Below, piece after piece: positions 1 to 11,959 of a stretch of 64,000 bases of DNA. Below the pieces are notes generated by a model. The model had not been told where the DNA came from. It made no database searches and saw only the letters and a program-made list of their open reading frames with translations. Made by a program: the position numbers and the translations under genes. Within the stretch, counting starts at the first letter, position 1. Each line of letters opens with the position of its first letter. Source of the stretch: Alphaproteobacteria bacterium (GTDB lineage: Bacteria > Pseudomonadota > Alphaproteobacteria > SMXQ01). The stretch covers positions 3,881 through 67,880 of the forward strand of contig JAYQQF010000014.1 of NCBI GenBank assembly GCA_038145705.1, in the 5' to 3' direction.

Positions 1-1258
1 CGATTTCGGGAAACAGGCCGAAGTTGGCGTTCATCGGCTGGAAGGTGCCGGCATCGGCGCCCCCGGTAATGTGATTGAGCAGCGCGCCCATCGACGTGGT
101 GACGGGCGGCGGGGCAAAGTTTTCGCCCAGGGCTTCGGCCGCCGCGAAATTCCCGGCAAGGATGCCCATCGCCGCCGATTCGACATAGCCTTCGACGCCG
201 GTGATCTGGCCCGCGAAACGCAGGCGGGGGGCGGCCTTGAGCCGCAGCTCGCCGTCGAGCAGGCGCGGCGAATTCAGGAACGTGTTGCGGTGAATGCCGC
301 CGAGACGCGCGAATTGCGCATTCCCGAGCCCCGGGATCATGCGGAAGATGCGCGTCTGTTCGCCGTGCTTCAGCTTGGTCTGGAAGCCGACCATGTTGTA
401 GAGCGTGCCGAGCGCATTGTCCTGGCGCAGCTGCACCACGGCGAACGGCCGGTGATCCGAATGCGGATCGGTCAGGCCGACGGGCTTCATCGGCCCGTAG
501 GCAAGCGTCATCTCGCCCCGTTCGGCCATCACCTCGATGGGCAGGCAGCCCTCGAAATAGGGCGTGTTCTTTTCCCAGTCCTTGAATTCGGTCTTTTCGC
601 CCGCGTTCAGCGCCGCGACGAAGGCGAAATACTGCTCGCGGTCCATCGGGCAGTTGACGTAGGCCGCCTTGTCGCCCGCCGGGCCTTCCTTGTCGTAGCG
701 AGACTGCATCCAGGCGATACCAAAGTCGATGCTGTCACGATGCACGATGGGCGCAATGGCATCGAAAAACGCGAGGCTGTCTTCCCCCGTCGCCGCGCCG
801 ATGGCTTCCGCCAGGGCAGGCGAGGTAAGCGGCCCGGTGGCGATGACGACATTCAACCAGTCGGCAGGCGGCAGGCCGGTGATTTCGCCGCGCTCGACGG
901 TGATCAGGGGATGGGCCGCGATGGCTTCGGTGACGGCGCGGGCAAAGCCTTCGCGGTCGACCGCGAGCGCGCCACCGGCTGGAACCTGATGGCTGTCGGC
1001 CGCCGCCATGATCAGCGAGCCCATGTCGCGCATTTCGGCATGAAGCAGGCCGACCGCGTTGGTCGATGCATCGTCGGAGCGCAAGCTGTTGGAGCAGACG
1101 AGCTCGGCCAGGTCGCCGGTCTTGTGGGCGGGCGTCGCCCTGTCCGGGCGCATTTCGTGGAGAATGACGGGGCAGCCGCGGCCTGCCGCCGCCCAGGCGG
1201 CCTCGCAGCCGGCAAGGCCGCCGCCGATGACATGGATGGGATTTGGGGTGTCGGTCAT
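1..1258 (-). CDS. trmFO: methylenetetrahydrofolate--tRNA-(uracil-5-)-methyltransferase TrmFO; N-terminal part only, the C-terminus runs off the window start
   Basis: Absent from the ORF track because no stop lies inside the window. The minus strand read from ATG 1258-1256 gives [23 protein letters not shown] (FAD GxGxxG). Near coordinate 1 it gives [26 protein letters not shown]...[13 protein letters not shown], typical of TrmFO/Gid. Confidence 0.85.
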   Translation of the reverse strand, partial: MTDTPNPIHVIGGGLAGCEAAWAAAGRGCPVILHEMRPDRATPAHKTGDLAELVCSNSLRSDDASTNAVGLLHAEMRDMGSLIMAAADSHQVPAGGALAVDREGFARAVTEAIAAHPLITVERGEITGLPPADWLNVVIATGPLTSPALAEAIGAATGEDSLAFFDAIAPIVHRDSIDFGIAWMQSRYDKEGPAGDKAAYVNCPMDREQYFAFVAALNAGEKTEFKDWEKNTPYFEGCLPIEVMAERGEMTLAYGPMKPVGLTDPHSDHRPFAVVQLRQDNALGTLYNMVGFQTKLKHGEQTRIFRMIPGLGNAQFARLGGIHRNTFLNSPRLLDGELRLKAAPRLRFAGQITGVEGYVESAAMGILAGNFAAAEALGENFAPPPVTTSMGALLNHITGGADAGTFQPMNANFGLFPEI

Positions 1259-1300
1259 GGGCGCAACCAACCCCAAACCCCCGGCGCCGTCAAGGCCGCG

Positions 1301-3286
1301 CTATTGCGCCGCCACCGCTTCCCCGGCCTTGCCCTTTTCGGCGGCGACGCGGGTCTGGGCGGCCTCGACGATCATGCGAAGAACGTCGGCATAGTTGTGG
1401 CCGGCGAAACCCGCCATCAGGTTGAACTTGCCGTCCCAGCACCAGCCGGGGTTCGGGTTGACCTCGAGCAGCTTGGGCACGCCCTGGGCATCGGCGCGGA
1501 AATCGAAGCGGGCATAGTCGCGGCAACCCGTGCGTTCGAACAGCTTGACCGAGGAATCGATCATCTGGCGCTGGATATCCTCGTCGGCGCGGGCCTGGCG
1601 GTAACGAATATCGGTCCAGTAGGGGCTTTCGGGGTCCCATTTCGATTCGTAGGACAGAATGGGCGGCAGGCCCTCGGGCAGTTTCGAATAATCAACTTCC
1701 AGCACCGGCAGCACGGTAAAGCCGTGGCCGGGATTGCCGATCAGGCCGACCGAGTATTCGGAACCGGTCAGGTACTCCTGAACGAGGATGGCGCGGCCCG
1801 GAAAGTTTTCGCGCAGGTAATTGAGGTAGCTGACCGCTTCCTCCGCGTTCCGGACCACCGCCTTCTGGGTAATGCCGATGGAACTGTCGCCGGTCGAGGG
1901 CTTCAGCAGCGCCGGGAAGAAGGACGGGATGGTGGCGGCCGTATCGTCCGGCCCGGTGTAGGTCTCGAGCGGCACCGGCACGCCGAGGTCGGCGGCGATG
2001 GCACGGATCAGGCTTTTGTCGTAGCAAAGCCCGAGCGACGACGGCCCGGCGCCGCTGTAGGGAATATCCAGCAGTTCCATGATCGCCGGGACGTGCAGTT
2101 CCTTGAAGGCATCGTTGTTGAAGCCTTCGTCACACAGGTTGAGCACGAAATCGGGCCGCTTGGTGCGCAGGTCCTGGATCAGCGTCGCGTGGTTGTCGAG
2201 GTAGCTCCACTGGTAGCCCGGCAACTCGTTCAGCGCATCCTTGAGGCGCTGGATGGTGGCCATGTCCTCGGGATTGAAATGGCCGCCCAGCTTGACGTCG
2301 TCGGGCAGGCGGGGATCGCCCATCAGCACGGTGACGTTCGGGAAAACCGGGCCGCGCACGGAGCGCTGGGTGCGCGCCGGCGCCACGGCGGTGACGTAGA
2401 ACCGCCGCGACATCATGCCGAGGTCCTGATTGCGCTCGGATTCGGTTTCGACGCCGCGGTGAATGCGCACCTCGCGGAATCCGGCGCCCTCCAGCAGGCG
2501 GGTGATGGTTTCGGGATTGTAGAGACGCTCGGCGTAGAACTGGTCGGCGATGACGCCCTGTTCGGCGTTGGTCACCACTTCGCGGCAGACGAGGCGCGTT
2601 CCGTCCGCCGACAGCGAGCGCTCACGGTTGACGAAATGATCCTTGTCGATCCATTCCCACGAGCGCGGCTCGTAATGGGTCTTGATCCAGTCGCCGTCGG
2701 TCAGGTCCAGCACCAGCTTGGCGCCCGAACGGGTAATGCGGCGGATCGCCGAAAATACCTCGGCGTCGTCCTCGGGCCGCTCGAAATAGCCGAACGAATT
2801 GCCAAGGATCAGCACGGCATCGAAGCTGGCATCGGGCAGGCGCACCTGGCGCGCATCGCCTTCCTTGAAGGCCACCGGCAGGTTTTCCTTGCGCGCCCGG
2901 CGGCGGGCGAGGCGAATGAGATAGCGCGAACGGTCGAGGCCGGTGACGTTGCCGAAGCCGCGCCGCGCCAGTTCCAGCGAATGGCGACCCTGCCCGCAGC
3001 AGAGATCGAGGATGCGGTCGCCCGGCTCCAGCCCCGAAACGCGGAGGATCTCGTCAACCTCGCGCTGGGTGTTGCGGTTGTCCTCGACGACGTCGCCGTC
3101 GGTCTGCAGGTAAACGGCATTGAACAGGGTGCGCCACCAGTCATGGGGCAGGTGCCGTTCAAGGTCCGAGACGGGTCCGAGCGTGCGCGGCACGCCGGGG
3201 CGCGGCGTCGCGCGGGGACGCGCGTGGCGCGCGCTGCCGCCGCTACTCGGAGGCTGGGTGGGGGAAGAACTGTCGGAACTGGCCAT
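1301..3286 (-). CDS. fusion protein: N-terminal class I SAM-dependent methyltransferase plus C-terminal D-Ala-D-Ala-ligase-like ATP-grasp enzyme (661 aa)
   Basis: Methyltransferase motif I is ILDLCCGQGRHSLELARRGF. The ATP-grasp half has LLKPSTGDSSIGI, ILVQEYLTGSEYSVGLIG, RDYARFDFR and LLEVNPNPGW. It is a single uninterrupted frame. Confidence 0.8.
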   Translation of the reverse strand: MASSDSSSPTQPPSSGGSARHARPRATPRPGVPRTLGPVSDLERHLPHDWWRTLFNAVYLQTDGDVVEDNRNTQREVDEILRVSGLEPGDRILDLCCGQGRHSLELARRGFGNVTGLDRSRYLIRLARRRARKENLPVAFKEGDARQVRLPDASFDAVLILGNSFGYFERPEDDAEVFSAIRRITRSGAKLVLDLTDGDWIKTHYEPRSWEWIDKDHFVNRERSLSADGTRLVCREVVTNAEQGVIADQFYAERLYNPETITRLLEGAGFREVRIHRGVETESERNQDLGMMSRRFYVTAVAPARTQRSVRGPVFPNVTVLMGDPRLPDDVKLGGHFNPEDMATIQRLKDALNELPGYQWSYLDNHATLIQDLRTKRPDFVLNLCDEGFNNDAFKELHVPAIMELLDIPYSGAGPSSLGLCYDKSLIRAIAADLGVPVPLETYTGPDDTAATIPSFFPALLKPSTGDSSIGITQKAVVRNAEEAVSYLNYLRENFPGRAILVQEYLTGSEYSVGLIGNPGHGFTVLPVLEVDYSKLPEGLPPILSYESKWDPESPYWTDIRYRQARADEDIQRQMIDSSVKLFERTGCRDYARFDFRADAQGVPKLLEVNPNPGWCWDGKFNLMAGFAGHNYADVLRMIVEAAQTRVAAEKGKAGEAVAAQ

Positions 3287-3411
3287 GATTTTCCTCCGGC
3301 CTGTTCAAGTGATCCATGGATCGGTGACGCCGAAACGGCATCGCGCGTAACTTGTCGCAGTCCCCACAAATTTCAAGGGGATTCTTGAAAGATCGTTTCG
3401 ATTTACGCCGT

Positions 3412-6303
3412 TCAGGCGCTGCGTTTGCGCTTTGACGGTGCGAGCAGCGGCGCGAGGTAATGCCCGGTGTGGCTGGCCTTCGCCGCCGCCACGTCCTCGG
3501 GCGTGCCGGTGGCGACGATCCTGCCGCCGCCGTCGCCGCCTTCGGGGCCGAGGTCGATCAGCCAGTCGGCGGTCTTGATGACTTCCAGATTATGTTCAAT
3601 CACCACCACCGTGTTGCCCTGCTCGACGAGGCGGTGCAGCACTTCCAGCAGCTTCTTGACGTCCTCGAAATGGAGGCCGGTCGTCGGTTCGTCGAGGATG
3701 TAGAGCGTGCGCCCGGTGGAGCGCCGCGCCAGTTCCTTGGCGAGCTTGACGCGCTGGGCCTCGCCGCCCGAAAGGGTGGTCGCCTGCTGGCCGATATGGA
3801 TGTAGCCAAGGCCGACCTCGGCGAGCGATTCCAGCTTGCCGCGGATGGCGGGCACCGCCTTGAACACCTCGATGCCTTCTTCCACGGTCAGGTCGAGGAC
3901 ATCGGCGATGGTCTTGTCGCGATAGCGGATTTCCAGCGTTTCGCGGTTGTAGCGGCGTCCCTTGCATTCGTCGCACTGGACGTAGACATCGGGCAGGAAG
4001 TGCATCTCGATCTTGATGACGCCGTCGCCCTGGCAGGCCTCGCAGCGCCCGCCCTTGACGTTAAAGGAAAAACGCCCGGGCTTGTAACCGCGCGCCTTGG
4101 CCTCGGGCAGGCCGGCGAACCAGTCGCGGATCGGCGTGAAGGCACCGGTATAGGTCGCCGGGTTCGAGCGCGGCGTGCGCCCGATGGGGGACTGGTCGAT
4201 GTCGATGATCTTGTCGACGAATTCGAGGCCCTCGACCGCGTCATGCTCGCCCGGATGCAGGCGGGCACCCATCAGGCGGCGCGCTGCCGCCTTGTAGAGG
4301 GTCTCGATCACCAGCGACGACTTGCCGCCGCCCGATACGCCCGTGACGCAGGTAAAGGTGCCGAGCGGGATCCCCGCGGTGACGTTGTCGAGGTTGTTGG
4401 CCCGCGCGCCCTTGATCACGATCTTTTCGCCGCGCTTGCCCTTGCGGCGCGACGCCGGCACCTCGATCCGCCGGCGCCCGGTCAGGTAGGCCGCCGTCAG
4501 GCTTTCCTCGACCGCCATGACTTCGTCCGGCGTGCCCGCGGCGACGACATGGCCGCCGTGAACGCCCGCGCCCGGTCCCATGTCGATCAGGTAATCGGCG
4601 GTGCGGATCGCTTCTTCGTCGTGTTCGACCACCAGCACCGTGTTGCCGAGATCGCGCAGGCGCTTGAGGGTCTCGAGAAGCCTTGCGTTGTCGCGCTGGT
4701 GCAGGCCGATGGACGGCTCATCCAGCACGTAAAGAACCCCGGTCAGGCCCGAGCCGATCTGGGACGCAAGCCGGATGCGTTGGGATTCGCCGCCCGACAA
4801 GGTGGCCGAGGCGCGGGCCAGCGTCAGGTATTCGAGGCCTACATCGACGAGGAAGCCCAGCCGCTCGTTGATCTCCTTCAGGATGCGGACCGCGATCTCG
4901 CGCTTCTGGGGCGTCAGGTCTTTACCCACGTCCCGGAACCACCAGGCGGCGCGCTTGATCGAAAGTTCCGTGACCTGGCCGATGTGCAGGCCGCCGATCT
5001 TGACCGCGAGCGCCTCGGGCTTCAGGCGGTAGCCCGTGCAGGCCTCGCAGGGCTGGGCCGACTGGAAGCGCGAAAGCTCCTCGCGCAGCCATGCGGAGTC
5101 CGCCTCGCGGTAGCGGCGTTCCAGGTTCGGGATGACGCCTTCGAAGGGCTTGGTGACGTCGTATTTCTTGAAGCCGTCGTCGTAGCGGAACTTGACCGCG
5201 TCATCGCCGGTGCCGAACAGCACCGCCTTCTTTGCCGCCTCCGACAGCTGGTCCCACGGCTGGGTCGTCGAGAACTTGAGCTGGCGCGCCAGCGAGTCGA
5301 TGGTCTGGGCGTAATACTGCGACGTCGAGCGCGCCCACGGCGCAAGCGCGCCCTCGCGCAAAGACAGCCTGCCGTCGGGCACCACCAGTTCGGGATCGAA
5401 ATAGAGCTTAACGCCGAGCCCGTCGCAGGCGGGGCAGGCGCCGTGCGGGTTGTTGAACGAAAAGAGGCGCGGCTCGATCTCGTCCAGCGTAAATCCGGAA
5501 ACCGGGCAGGCGAACTTGGCCGAAAATGTCGTCCGCTCGCCGCTGTCGGCGTTTTCGGCAAAGACCAGCCCGTCGGCAAGACCGAGTGCCACCTCCAGGC
5601 TGTCGGCCAGACGGTTGCCGAGCTTGTCCGACACCACGATGCGGTCCACCACCACCTCGATGTCGTGCTTGATGTTCTTCTCGAGCGCCGGCACCGCGTC
5701 TATCTCGAACACCGTGCCGTCCACCTTGACCCGCTGGAAACCGCGCTTGCGCAGGTCGGCCAGTTCCTTGCGGTATTCGCCCTTGCGCCCGCGCACGATG
5801 GGGGCGAGCAGCAGAAGCCGCGTGCCTTCGGCCATCGCCATGATGCGGTCGACCATCTGGCTGACGGTCTGGCTTTCGATGGGCAGGCCCGTGGCGGGCG
5901 AGTAGGGGGTGCCGACGCGCGCGAACAGGAGGCGCAGATAGTCGTAGATCTCCGTCACCGTGCCGACGGTCGAGCGCGGATTGCGCGAGGTCGTCTTCTG
6001 CTCGATCGAAATCGCCGGCGAAAGCCCCTCGATGGTGTCGTATTCGGGCTTCTGCATCATCTCGAGGAACTGGCGGGCATAGGCCGACAGGCTCTCGACG
6101 TAGCGGCGCTGGCCTTCCGCATAGATCGTGTCGAAGGCGAGCGACGACTTTCCCGATCCCGACAGACCGGTGATCACCACCAGCCGGTCGCGGGGGATGT
6201 CGACATCGACGTTTTTCAGGTTGTGCTCGCGCGCGCCGCGCACGGAAATCTGGTGTGCGGCGGGGGCGGCGAAACTGGCGGAACCGGTCTTTTTTCTGGC
6301 CAT
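3412..6303 (-). CDS. uvrA: excinuclease ABC subunit A
   Basis: Two ABC ATPase modules ([20 protein letters not shown]) and CxxC zinc modules. The ORF extends to 6360, but the ATG at 6303 ([11 protein letters not shown]) is the likelier start. Confidence 0.95.
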   Translation of the reverse strand: MARKKTGSASFAAPAAHQISVRGAREHNLKNVDVDIPRDRLVVITGLSGSGKSSLAFDTIYAEGQRRYVESLSAYARQFLEMMQKPEYDTIEGLSPAISIEQKTTSRNPRSTVGTVTEIYDYLRLLFARVGTPYSPATGLPIESQTVSQMVDRIMAMAEGTRLLLLAPIVRGRKGEYRKELADLRKRGFQRVKVDGTVFEIDAVPALEKNIKHDIEVVVDRIVVSDKLGNRLADSLEVALGLADGLVFAENADSGERTTFSAKFACPVSGFTLDEIEPRLFSFNNPHGACPACDGLGVKLYFDPELVVPDGRLSLREGALAPWARSTSQYYAQTIDSLARQLKFSTTQPWDQLSEAAKKAVLFGTGDDAVKFRYDDGFKKYDVTKPFEGVIPNLERRYREADSAWLREELSRFQSAQPCEACTGYRLKPEALAVKIGGLHIGQVTELSIKRAAWWFRDVGKDLTPQKREIAVRILKEINERLGFLVDVGLEYLTLARASATLSGGESQRIRLASQIGSGLTGVLYVLDEPSIGLHQRDNARLLETLKRLRDLGNTVLVVEHDEEAIRTADYLIDMGPGAGVHGGHVVAAGTPDEVMAVEESLTAAYLTGRRRIEVPASRRKGKRGEKIVIKGARANNLDNVTAGIPLGTFTCVTGVSGGGKSSLVIETLYKAAARRLMGARLHPGEHDAVEGLEFVDKIIDIDQSPIGRTPRSNPATYTGAFTPIRDWFAGLPEAKARGYKPGRFSFNVKGGRCEACQGDGVIKIEMHFLPDVYVQCDECKGRRYNRETLEIRYRDKTIADVLDLTVEEGIEVFKAVPAIRGKLESLAEVGLGYIHIGQQATTLSGGEAQRVKLAKELARRSTGRTLYILDEPTTGLHFEDVKKLLEVLHRLVEQGNTVVVIEHNLEVIKTADWLIDLGPEGGDGGGRIVATGTPEDVAAAKASHTGHYLAPLLAPSKRKRSA

Positions 6304-6453
6304 GGCGATACTACGCAAATCCTCTTTCCCCGGATCGCGGGGCAGCCTTAAAGCATACACCGATTCGCGCCTCCGGTGACTGATTTGCTGTGGTGCCGGG
6401 GGTAGGCTTCGGCTACTCTCCCCCCCAATAAAGTCACCAACGAGAGGCGGAAA

Positions 6454-6915
6454 ATGGCGGGCAGCGTCAACAAGGTCATCCTCATCGGCAATCTCGGCCG
6501 CGATCCCGAGGTGCGCAGCACCCAGGACGGCGCCAAGATCGTGCAGCTTTCCGTGGCGACGTCCGAGCAGTGGCGCGACCGGTCATCGGGCGAACGCAAG
6601 GAACGCACCGAATGGCACCGGGTGGTGATCTTCAACGAACGCCTTGCCGAAGTGGCTGAAAAATATCTCCGCAAGGGCTCCAAGGTGTACCTCGAAGGCC
6701 AGTTGCAGACCCGCAAGTGGACCGACAAGGACGGCAACGACAAATACACCACCGAAGTTGTCCTCGGGAAATTCCGCGGCGAACTGACCATGCTCGACGG
6801 CCGTGGCGACGGCGGCGGCGGCGATTTCGGCGGCTCTGATTCCGGTTCCTCGCGGTCCTCGGGCGGCGGTTCGCCGGGCGGTCGTGGCGATCTCGACGAC
6901 GAGATTCCGTTCTAG
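6454..6915 (+). CDS. ssb: single-stranded DNA-binding protein
   Basis: OB-fold N-terminus [21 protein letters not shown], a Gly-rich linker, and the acidic tail [14 protein letters not shown] lies 7 nt upstream of the ATG. Confidence 0.95.
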   Translation: MAGSVNKVILIGNLGRDPEVRSTQDGAKIVQLSVATSEQWRDRSSGERKERTEWHRVVIFNERLAEVAEKYLRKGSKVYLEGQLQTRKWTDKDGNDKYTTEVVLGKFRGELTMLDGRGDGGGGDFGGSDSGSSRSSGGGSPGGRGDLDDEIPF

Positions 6916-6921
6916 TCGAAA

Positions 6922-6940
6922 GGGGGCCGAAATGGCCCCC
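6922..6940 (+). terminator. hairpin just after ssb (possible terminator)
   Basis: GGGGGCC-GAAAT-GGCCCCC starts 7 nt after the ssb stop. The trailing sequence TAATGCC is not a strong U-tract. Confidence 0.4.
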
Positions 6941-7079
6941 TAATGCCTTCATCCAAAAAGGCTTTTTTCACGATATCTTGTTGTTCGGACGGGCGCGATC
7001 GGCTATATTTTGAGCACTGTTTCGATCACCCTACGGGCGCCTTCCGGCGTCCCGCCGACAGCAACCGGATAGCCGTTTC

Positions 7080-9860
7080 TTGAGCGAAATTCCCCCGATC
7101 CAGGATGCTCCGCCGCCGGCACTGCCGCCGGGCGTCTCGACGATCACCATCGAAGAGGAAATGAAGACGTCGTATCTCGATTACGCGATGAGCGTGATCG
7201 TGAGCCGCGCTCTTCCCGACGTCCGCGACGGGCTGAAGCCCGTCCACCGGCGCATCCTCTACGCCATGCACGAAAACGGCTACGACTGGAACCGGCCGTT
7301 CCGCAAGTCGGCCCGCGTGGTCGGCGACGTCATGGGCAAATACCATCCCCACGGCGACAGCGCGATCTACGACGCCATGGTGCGCATGGCGCAGGAATTC
7401 TCCATGCGCCTGACGCTGATCCAGGGGCAGGGCAACTTCGGCTCGATGGACGGCGATCCTGCCGCGGCCATGCGCTACACCGAAGCGCGCCTCAGCAAGG
7501 CCGCCCACGCGCTGCTCGAAGACATCGACAAGCAGACCGTCGATTTCCAGGACAACTACGATTCGACCACGCGCGAGCCTTCCGTCCTGCCCGCGCGTTT
7601 CCCGAACCTGCTGGTCAACGGCGCGGGCGGCATCGCCGTCGGCATGGCGACCAACATCCCGACCCATAACCTGAGCGAGGTCATCGACGCCTGCTGTCTG
7701 CTGCTCGACAATGCCGACGCCACCATCGAACAGCTGATGGAACACGTGCCGGGTCCCGATTTCCCGACGGGCGGGCTGGTCTACGGCTCGGTCGGCATCC
7801 GCTCGGCCTTCCACACCGGGCGCGGCTCCATCGTCATGCGCGGGCGCACCGAGATCGAGGACATCTCGCGCGACCGCAAGGCGATCATCGTCACCGAGAT
7901 CCCTTACCAGGTGAACAAGGCCCGCATGATCGAGCAGATCGCCGAGGTCGTGCGCGACAAGAAGGTCGAGGGCATTTCCGAACTGCGCGACGAATCGGAC
8001 CGCCACGGCGTACGCGTCGTCATCGAGCTGAAGCGCGACGCCATGCACGAAGTCGTGCTGAACCAGCTGTTCCGCTTCACGCCGCTGCAGACGTCGTTTG
8101 GCGTCAACATGCTGGCGCTCAACGGCGGCCGGCCGGAGATGATGAACCTCAAGCAGATGCTGGAGGCGTTCATCGCCTTCCGCGAAGAGGTCATCACCCG
8201 GCGCACCATCTTCGAACTGGGCAAGGCGCGCGAGCGCGCCCATGTCTTGGTCGGCCTCGCCATCGCGGTCGCCAACCTCGACGAGATGATTGCCCTGATC
8301 CGCGCCGCCAGCGATCCCAACGTCGCCCGCGAACGCATGATGGCCAAGGCCTGGCCCGCCAAGGACGTGGCGCCGCTGATCAAGCTGATCGACGAGCCGG
8401 GGCGGGAAGTCGTGGACGGTTGCTATTCGCTGTCCGAAGCCCAGGCCAAGGCGATCCTTGAACTGCGCCTGCATCGCCTGACCGGGTTGGAGCGCGACAA
8501 GATCGCCGAGGAACTGCGCGATGTCTGCTCCCAGATCGCGGAATACCTCGAAATTCTCGCCTCGCGCGAGAAACTGCGCGGCATCCTGCGAAGCGAGCTG
8601 ATCGCCATCAAGGAAGAATTCGGCACGCCGCGCCGCACCGAACTGCTGCAAGACGAGGCCGAGGTCGATATCGAGGACCTGATCCAGCGCGAGGACATGG
8701 TCGTCACCGTCAGCCACAACGGCTACATCAAGCGCGTGCCGCTGTCGGCCTACCGCGCCCAGCGCCGGGGCGGCAAGGGCCGCTCGGGCATGGCGACCCG
8801 CGAAGAGGATTTCGTGTCGCAGGTGTTTATCGCCAACACCCACGCGCCGGTGCTGTTCTTCTCCTCGCGCGGCATCGTCTACAAGGAAAAGGTCTACCGC
8901 CTGCCGCTGGGCACGCCCCAGGCGCGTGGCAAGGCGCTGGTCAACATGCTGCCGCTCGCCGAGGGCGAAACCATCACCACCCTGATGCCGCTGCCCGAGG
9001 ACGAGGCGAGCTGGGACCAGCTCCACGTCATGTTCGCGACCGCGTCGGGCAACGTGCGCCGCAACAAGCTGTCCGATTTCGTCAACGTCATGGCCAACGG
9101 CAAGATCGCCATGAAGCTGGACGAGGGCGACCGACTGATCGCGGTCCGGCCCTGCACCGAAAACGACGACGTTCTGCTGGCCGTGCGCACGGGCAAGTGC
9201 ATCCGTTTCCCGGTGACCGAAGTTCGCGTGTTCTCGGGCCGCAACTCGACGGGCAACCGCGGCATCACGCTGGCCTCGGGCGACGAGGTCATCTCGATGT
9301 CCATCCTGACCCACGTCGATTGCGAAGGCGCCGAACGCGCGGCCTACGTCAAGATGGCGAGCGCGGCTCGCCGCGGCGCCGAGGCGGAGGAAGAAACCGC
9401 CCCGGAACCTGTAGAGGAGGGCGAGGAAGCTGCCGGCGAAATCACCCTCAGCCAGGTGCGCTTCGACGAGCTGGCCGCGCAGGAACAGTTCATCCTGACC
9501 ATCGCCGACAACGGCTTCGGCAAGCGCTCCTCGGCCTATGAATACCGGATCACCCGGCGCGGCGGCAAAGGCATCGAGCTGATGAAGATCGTCTCCAAGG
9601 ACGCCCGCGTCGTCGCCGCTTTCCCGGTAACCGACGCCGACCAGATCGTCATGGTCAGCGACGGCGGCCAGTTGATCCGCACATCCGTTACCGATATCCG
9701 GATCGCCGGGCGTTCGACCCGCGGCGTCACCCTGTTCCGCATCGAAGAGGACGAACGCGTCGTTTCCGTCGCTCACCTGGTGGATGTCGGCGAGGACGAA
9801 GAGGAACCCGTGGAAGAGGCGCCCGCTAGCGACGGTTCCGGCGAGAACCCCAATGGCTGA
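7080..9860 (+). CDS. gyrA: DNA gyrase subunit A
   Basis: 926 aa with a TTG start. Active-site region is [11 protein letters not shown]-terminus has [30 protein letters not shown], and the C-terminus has beta-pinwheel repeats. Confidence 0.95.
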   Translation: MSEIPPIQDAPPPALPPGVSTITIEEEMKTSYLDYAMSVIVSRALPDVRDGLKPVHRRILYAMHENGYDWNRPFRKSARVVGDVMGKYHPHGDSAIYDAMVRMAQEFSMRLTLIQGQGNFGSMDGDPAAAMRYTEARLSKAAHALLEDIDKQTVDFQDNYDSTTREPSVLPARFPNLLVNGAGGIAVGMATNIPTHNLSEVIDACCLLLDNADATIEQLMEHVPGPDFPTGGLVYGSVGIRSAFHTGRGSIVMRGRTEIEDISRDRKAIIVTEIPYQVNKARMIEQIAEVVRDKKVEGISELRDESDRHGVRVVIELKRDAMHEVVLNQLFRFTPLQTSFGVNMLALNGGRPEMMNLKQMLEAFIAFREEVITRRTIFELGKARERAHVLVGLAIAVANLDEMIALIRAASDPNVARERMMAKAWPAKDVAPLIKLIDEPGREVVDGCYSLSEAQAKAILELRLHRLTGLERDKIAEELRDVCSQIAEYLEILASREKLRGILRSELIAIKEEFGTPRRTELLQDEAEVDIEDLIQREDMVVTVSHNGYIKRVPLSAYRAQRRGGKGRSGMATREEDFVSQVFIANTHAPVLFFSSRGIVYKEKVYRLPLGTPQARGKALVNMLPLAEGETITTLMPLPEDEASWDQLHVMFATASGNVRRNKLSDFVNVMANGKIAMKLDEGDRLIAVRPCTENDDVLLAVRTGKCIRFPVTEVRVFSGRNSTGNRGITLASGDEVISMSILTHVDCEGAERAAYVKMASAARRGAEAEEETAPEPVEEGEEAAGEITLSQVRFDELAAQEQFILTIADNGFGKRSSAYEYRITRRGGKGIELMKIVSKDARVVAAFPVTDADQIVMVSDGGQLIRTSVTDIRIAGRSTRGVTLFRIEEDERVVSVAHLVDVGEDEEEPVEEAPASDGSGENPNG

Positions 9861-10350
9861 GCGGACAGGCATCTATCCCGGCACTTTCGACCCGATCACG
9901 CTCGGGCATCTCGACGTCATCCGGCGCGCCATGCGCGTCGTCGACCGCCTGATCGTGGGCGTCGCCTCGAACGACGGCAAGGGTCCGGTCTTTTCCGCCG
10001 ATGAACGCGTCGCCATGGTGCGCGAGGACGTCAAGGACCTCGTCGCCAAGGGTGCCCGCATCGAAGTGACCCAGTTCGACGGCCTGCTTGTTTCCTTCGC
10101 CGAAAAGCAGGGCGCCGGGCTGATCGTGCGGGGCCTGCGCGCGGTGTCCGACTTCGAATACGAATTCCAGATGGTCGGCATGAACTCGCGCCTGAAGCCG
10201 GAAATCGAGACGGTTTTCCTCATGGCGTCCGACCGCCACCAGTTCATTTCGTCGCGCTTCGTCAAGGAAATCTGCCGGCTCGGCGGTGAAATCAACCAGT
10301 TCGTGACGCCCGCCGTGGCGACGCGCCTCAAGGCCCATTTCGGCGTCTAA
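9853..10350 (+). CDS. coaD: phosphopantetheine adenylyltransferase
   Basis: [26 protein letters not shown]. The ATG at 9853 overlaps the gyrA stop (9858-9860). The upstream part of the listed ORF lies inside gyrA. Confidence 0.9.
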   Translation: MAERTGIYPGTFDPITLGHLDVIRRAMRVVDRLIVGVASNDGKGPVFSADERVAMVREDVKDLVAKGARIEVTQFDGLLVSFAEKQGAGLIVRGLRAVSDFEYEFQMVGMNSRLKPEIETVFLMASDRHQFISSRFVKEICRLGGEINQFVTPAVATRLKAHFGV

Positions 10351-10421
10351 GGGCCTTTCGGCGCAACGCCCGAAGGTCTACCATTCCCCAAAATCAAGAA
10401 ATATTACCGGGAGGATGGACC

Positions 10422-11228
10422 ATGGCCGGACGGCTGCGTTATCTCGCCTTTCTCAGCAACGATCCCGACGCCATCGCCGGGTTCTACATGCGCCATCTCG
10501 GGCTGGAGGAACTCGGCCGCTCGAACCAGGGCGACGTGTCCATCACCGACGGCTACATGAATCTCACGTTCCTCAAGGCGCGCGACGAGCTGATCGAACC
10601 GGACCGCGCGATCGGCCTGCACCATGTCGGCCTGCAGGTGGACAACATGGAGCGGGTCACAACCCGTTACCATGATATCAACCCGCGCGGCATGATCATC
10701 GAGGAAGCGGGCGGAATCCATTTCGGCGAATGCCGCATCTATGACCCCGAGGCGCGGCCAATCACGCTTTCCACCGGCGATTTCGGCGTTGGCGGCGAGG
10801 AAACCCGCATCCCTCGCGTCGCGCATATCGCCTTCAACGCGCTTGATCCCACGGCGGTCATGCAGTTCTACGAATCGCTGTTCAATTTCCACGAACTCGA
10901 CACGTCCTTCGAGCGCCGCCAGCAGAAGCGCCTCAACCGCTTCATGGGCGACAGTCGCATCAACCTCGCCATCCATCCGTTCTACAACGGCGCGCCCGAG
11001 GGCCACGAGATGCGCTTCGGCGTCAATCATTTCGGCTTTCTGGTCGCAGACATGGAGCAGAAACTCGCCGGTATTTCCGCCGAACGCGGCGAGGTGGCGA
11101 AGCGTCCGGCAACCCGGCCTTACGCCGAATACCGGGCGCAGGATGCCGAAGGCAACCGGTTCGATCTCAGCTACAAGAAGGGCTGGGAAGTCGATCTCGA
11201 CGTCTGGGTGCGCGGGGCCGCCGAATAG
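10422..11228 (+). CDS. two-domain VOC (glyoxalase/bleomycin-resistance/dioxygenase) family protein
   Basis: 268 aa with the VOC-like pattern RYLAFLSNDPDAIAGFYMRHLGLEE...HHVGLQV. It has the same length and layout as the product of 29480-30286. Confidence 0.7.
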   Translation: MAGRLRYLAFLSNDPDAIAGFYMRHLGLEELGRSNQGDVSITDGYMNLTFLKARDELIEPDRAIGLHHVGLQVDNMERVTTRYHDINPRGMIIEEAGGIHFGECRIYDPEARPITLSTGDFGVGGEETRIPRVAHIAFNALDPTAVMQFYESLFNFHELDTSFERRQQKRLNRFMGDSRINLAIHPFYNGAPEGHEMRFGVNHFGFLVADMEQKLAGISAERGEVAKRPATRPYAEYRAQDAEGNRFDLSYKKGWEVDLDVWVRGAAE

Positions 11229-11325
11229 GCCGCTCAGGGCCGCTCCACAGCGCCGGAAACCCGGGCTTTCCTGACCGCGCCTGCCGTGCTAAACCGACCG
11301 CGCGCCTGATCAAATCAGGCTCGGT

Positions 11326-11400
11326 GGGCCGGTAGCTCAGCGGTAGAGCAGCTGCCTTTTAAGCAGCGGGCCATGGGTTCGATTCCCATCCGGCTCACCA
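11326..11400 (+). tRNA. tRNA-Lys (anticodon UUU), CCA encoded
   Basis: Hand-folded cloverleaf. Acceptor GGGCCGG/CCGGCTC, D arm GCTC/GAGC, anticodon arm GCTGC-CTTTTAA-GCAGC, T arm ATGGG-TTCGATT-CCCAT, then A-CCA. Confidence 0.9.
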
Positions 11401-11432
11401 ATTTTTCCGCCGATATCCGTAGTCCGGAAAAC

Positions 11433-11864
11433 CTAGCCGTGCGTGACGTACTCGCGCAGGGCCTCCGCCTCGTGCTCGATTTCATCGACACGCACGCGCA
11501 CGACGTCGCCGATCGAAACGAGACCCACCAGGGCGCCGTCCTCGCACACCGGCAGATGACGGAAGCGGCGCTCCGTCATCACGCCCATCAGGGCGGCCGC
11601 ATCGTCATCGGGACGGCAGGTCGTGACCTCGCGGGTCATGACGGCAGAGGCGGGCAGGGACAGCGCCTCCTCTCCGCGCTCGGCGAGAATGCGGATGATG
11701 TCGCGCTCGGACAGAATACCCTCGACATGCATGCGGTCGGAACTGATGACGACCGCACCGATACGGCAGGAATACAGAAGCTTGCTGAGTTCCGCGATGC
11801 TGGCACTCGGTTGCGCGGTAACGACATTCGCGCCCTTGTGCTGAAGAATGGTGGCGACGTTCAT
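11433..11864 (-). CDS. CBS-pair domain protein
   Basis: 143 aa with two CBS-like units (IGAVVISSDRMHVEGILSERDIIR; FRHLPVCEDGALVGLVSIGDVVR). Confidence 0.8.
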   Translation of the reverse strand: MNVATILQHKGANVVTAQPSASIAELSKLLYSCRIGAVVISSDRMHVEGILSERDIIRILAERGEEALSLPASAVMTREVTTCRPDDDAAALMGVMTERRFRHLPVCEDGALVGLVSIGDVVRVRVDEIEHEAEALREYVTHG

Positions 11865-11959
11865 GTGGTCTCCTCCATGTGCAATGGCACGCTGGAGGCA
11901 TGATAGCAGATCGCGGGGGCCAAGGCAGCCCGACGCAAGCCGCGGAAATCAAAGGAAAG

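Noticed and set aside
71-3388. 1105-aa plus-strand ORF spanning the first 3.3 kb
   Set aside because: It is antisense to two genes with clear family motifs (trmFO and the methyltransferase/ATP-grasp fusion). Its translation is Arg/Gly/Ala-rich with no recognisable motif. This is a typical high-GC shadow ORF.
3371-3390. Inverted repeat TTTCAAG-N6-CTTGAAA between uvrA and the methyltransferase/ATP-grasp gene
   Set aside because: The stem is AT-rich and only a 3-nt T run follows on the minus strand. It could be a weak uvrA terminator or nothing, which is too ambiguous to call.
3460-6351. 963-aa ORF antisense to uvrA
   Set aside because: It is a shadow ORF of an unmistakable uvrA. The product is low-complexity and R/A/G/D-rich.
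6304-6453. Expected SOS (LexA) box in the divergent uvrA-ssb promoter region
   Set aside because: I looked for the alphaproteobacterial GTTC-N7-GTTC / GAAC-N7-GAAC pattern and found none. No claim is made.
7026-9872. 948-aa ORF antisense to gyrA
   Set aside because: Same reasoning as above. gyrA on the plus strand has all its signatures.
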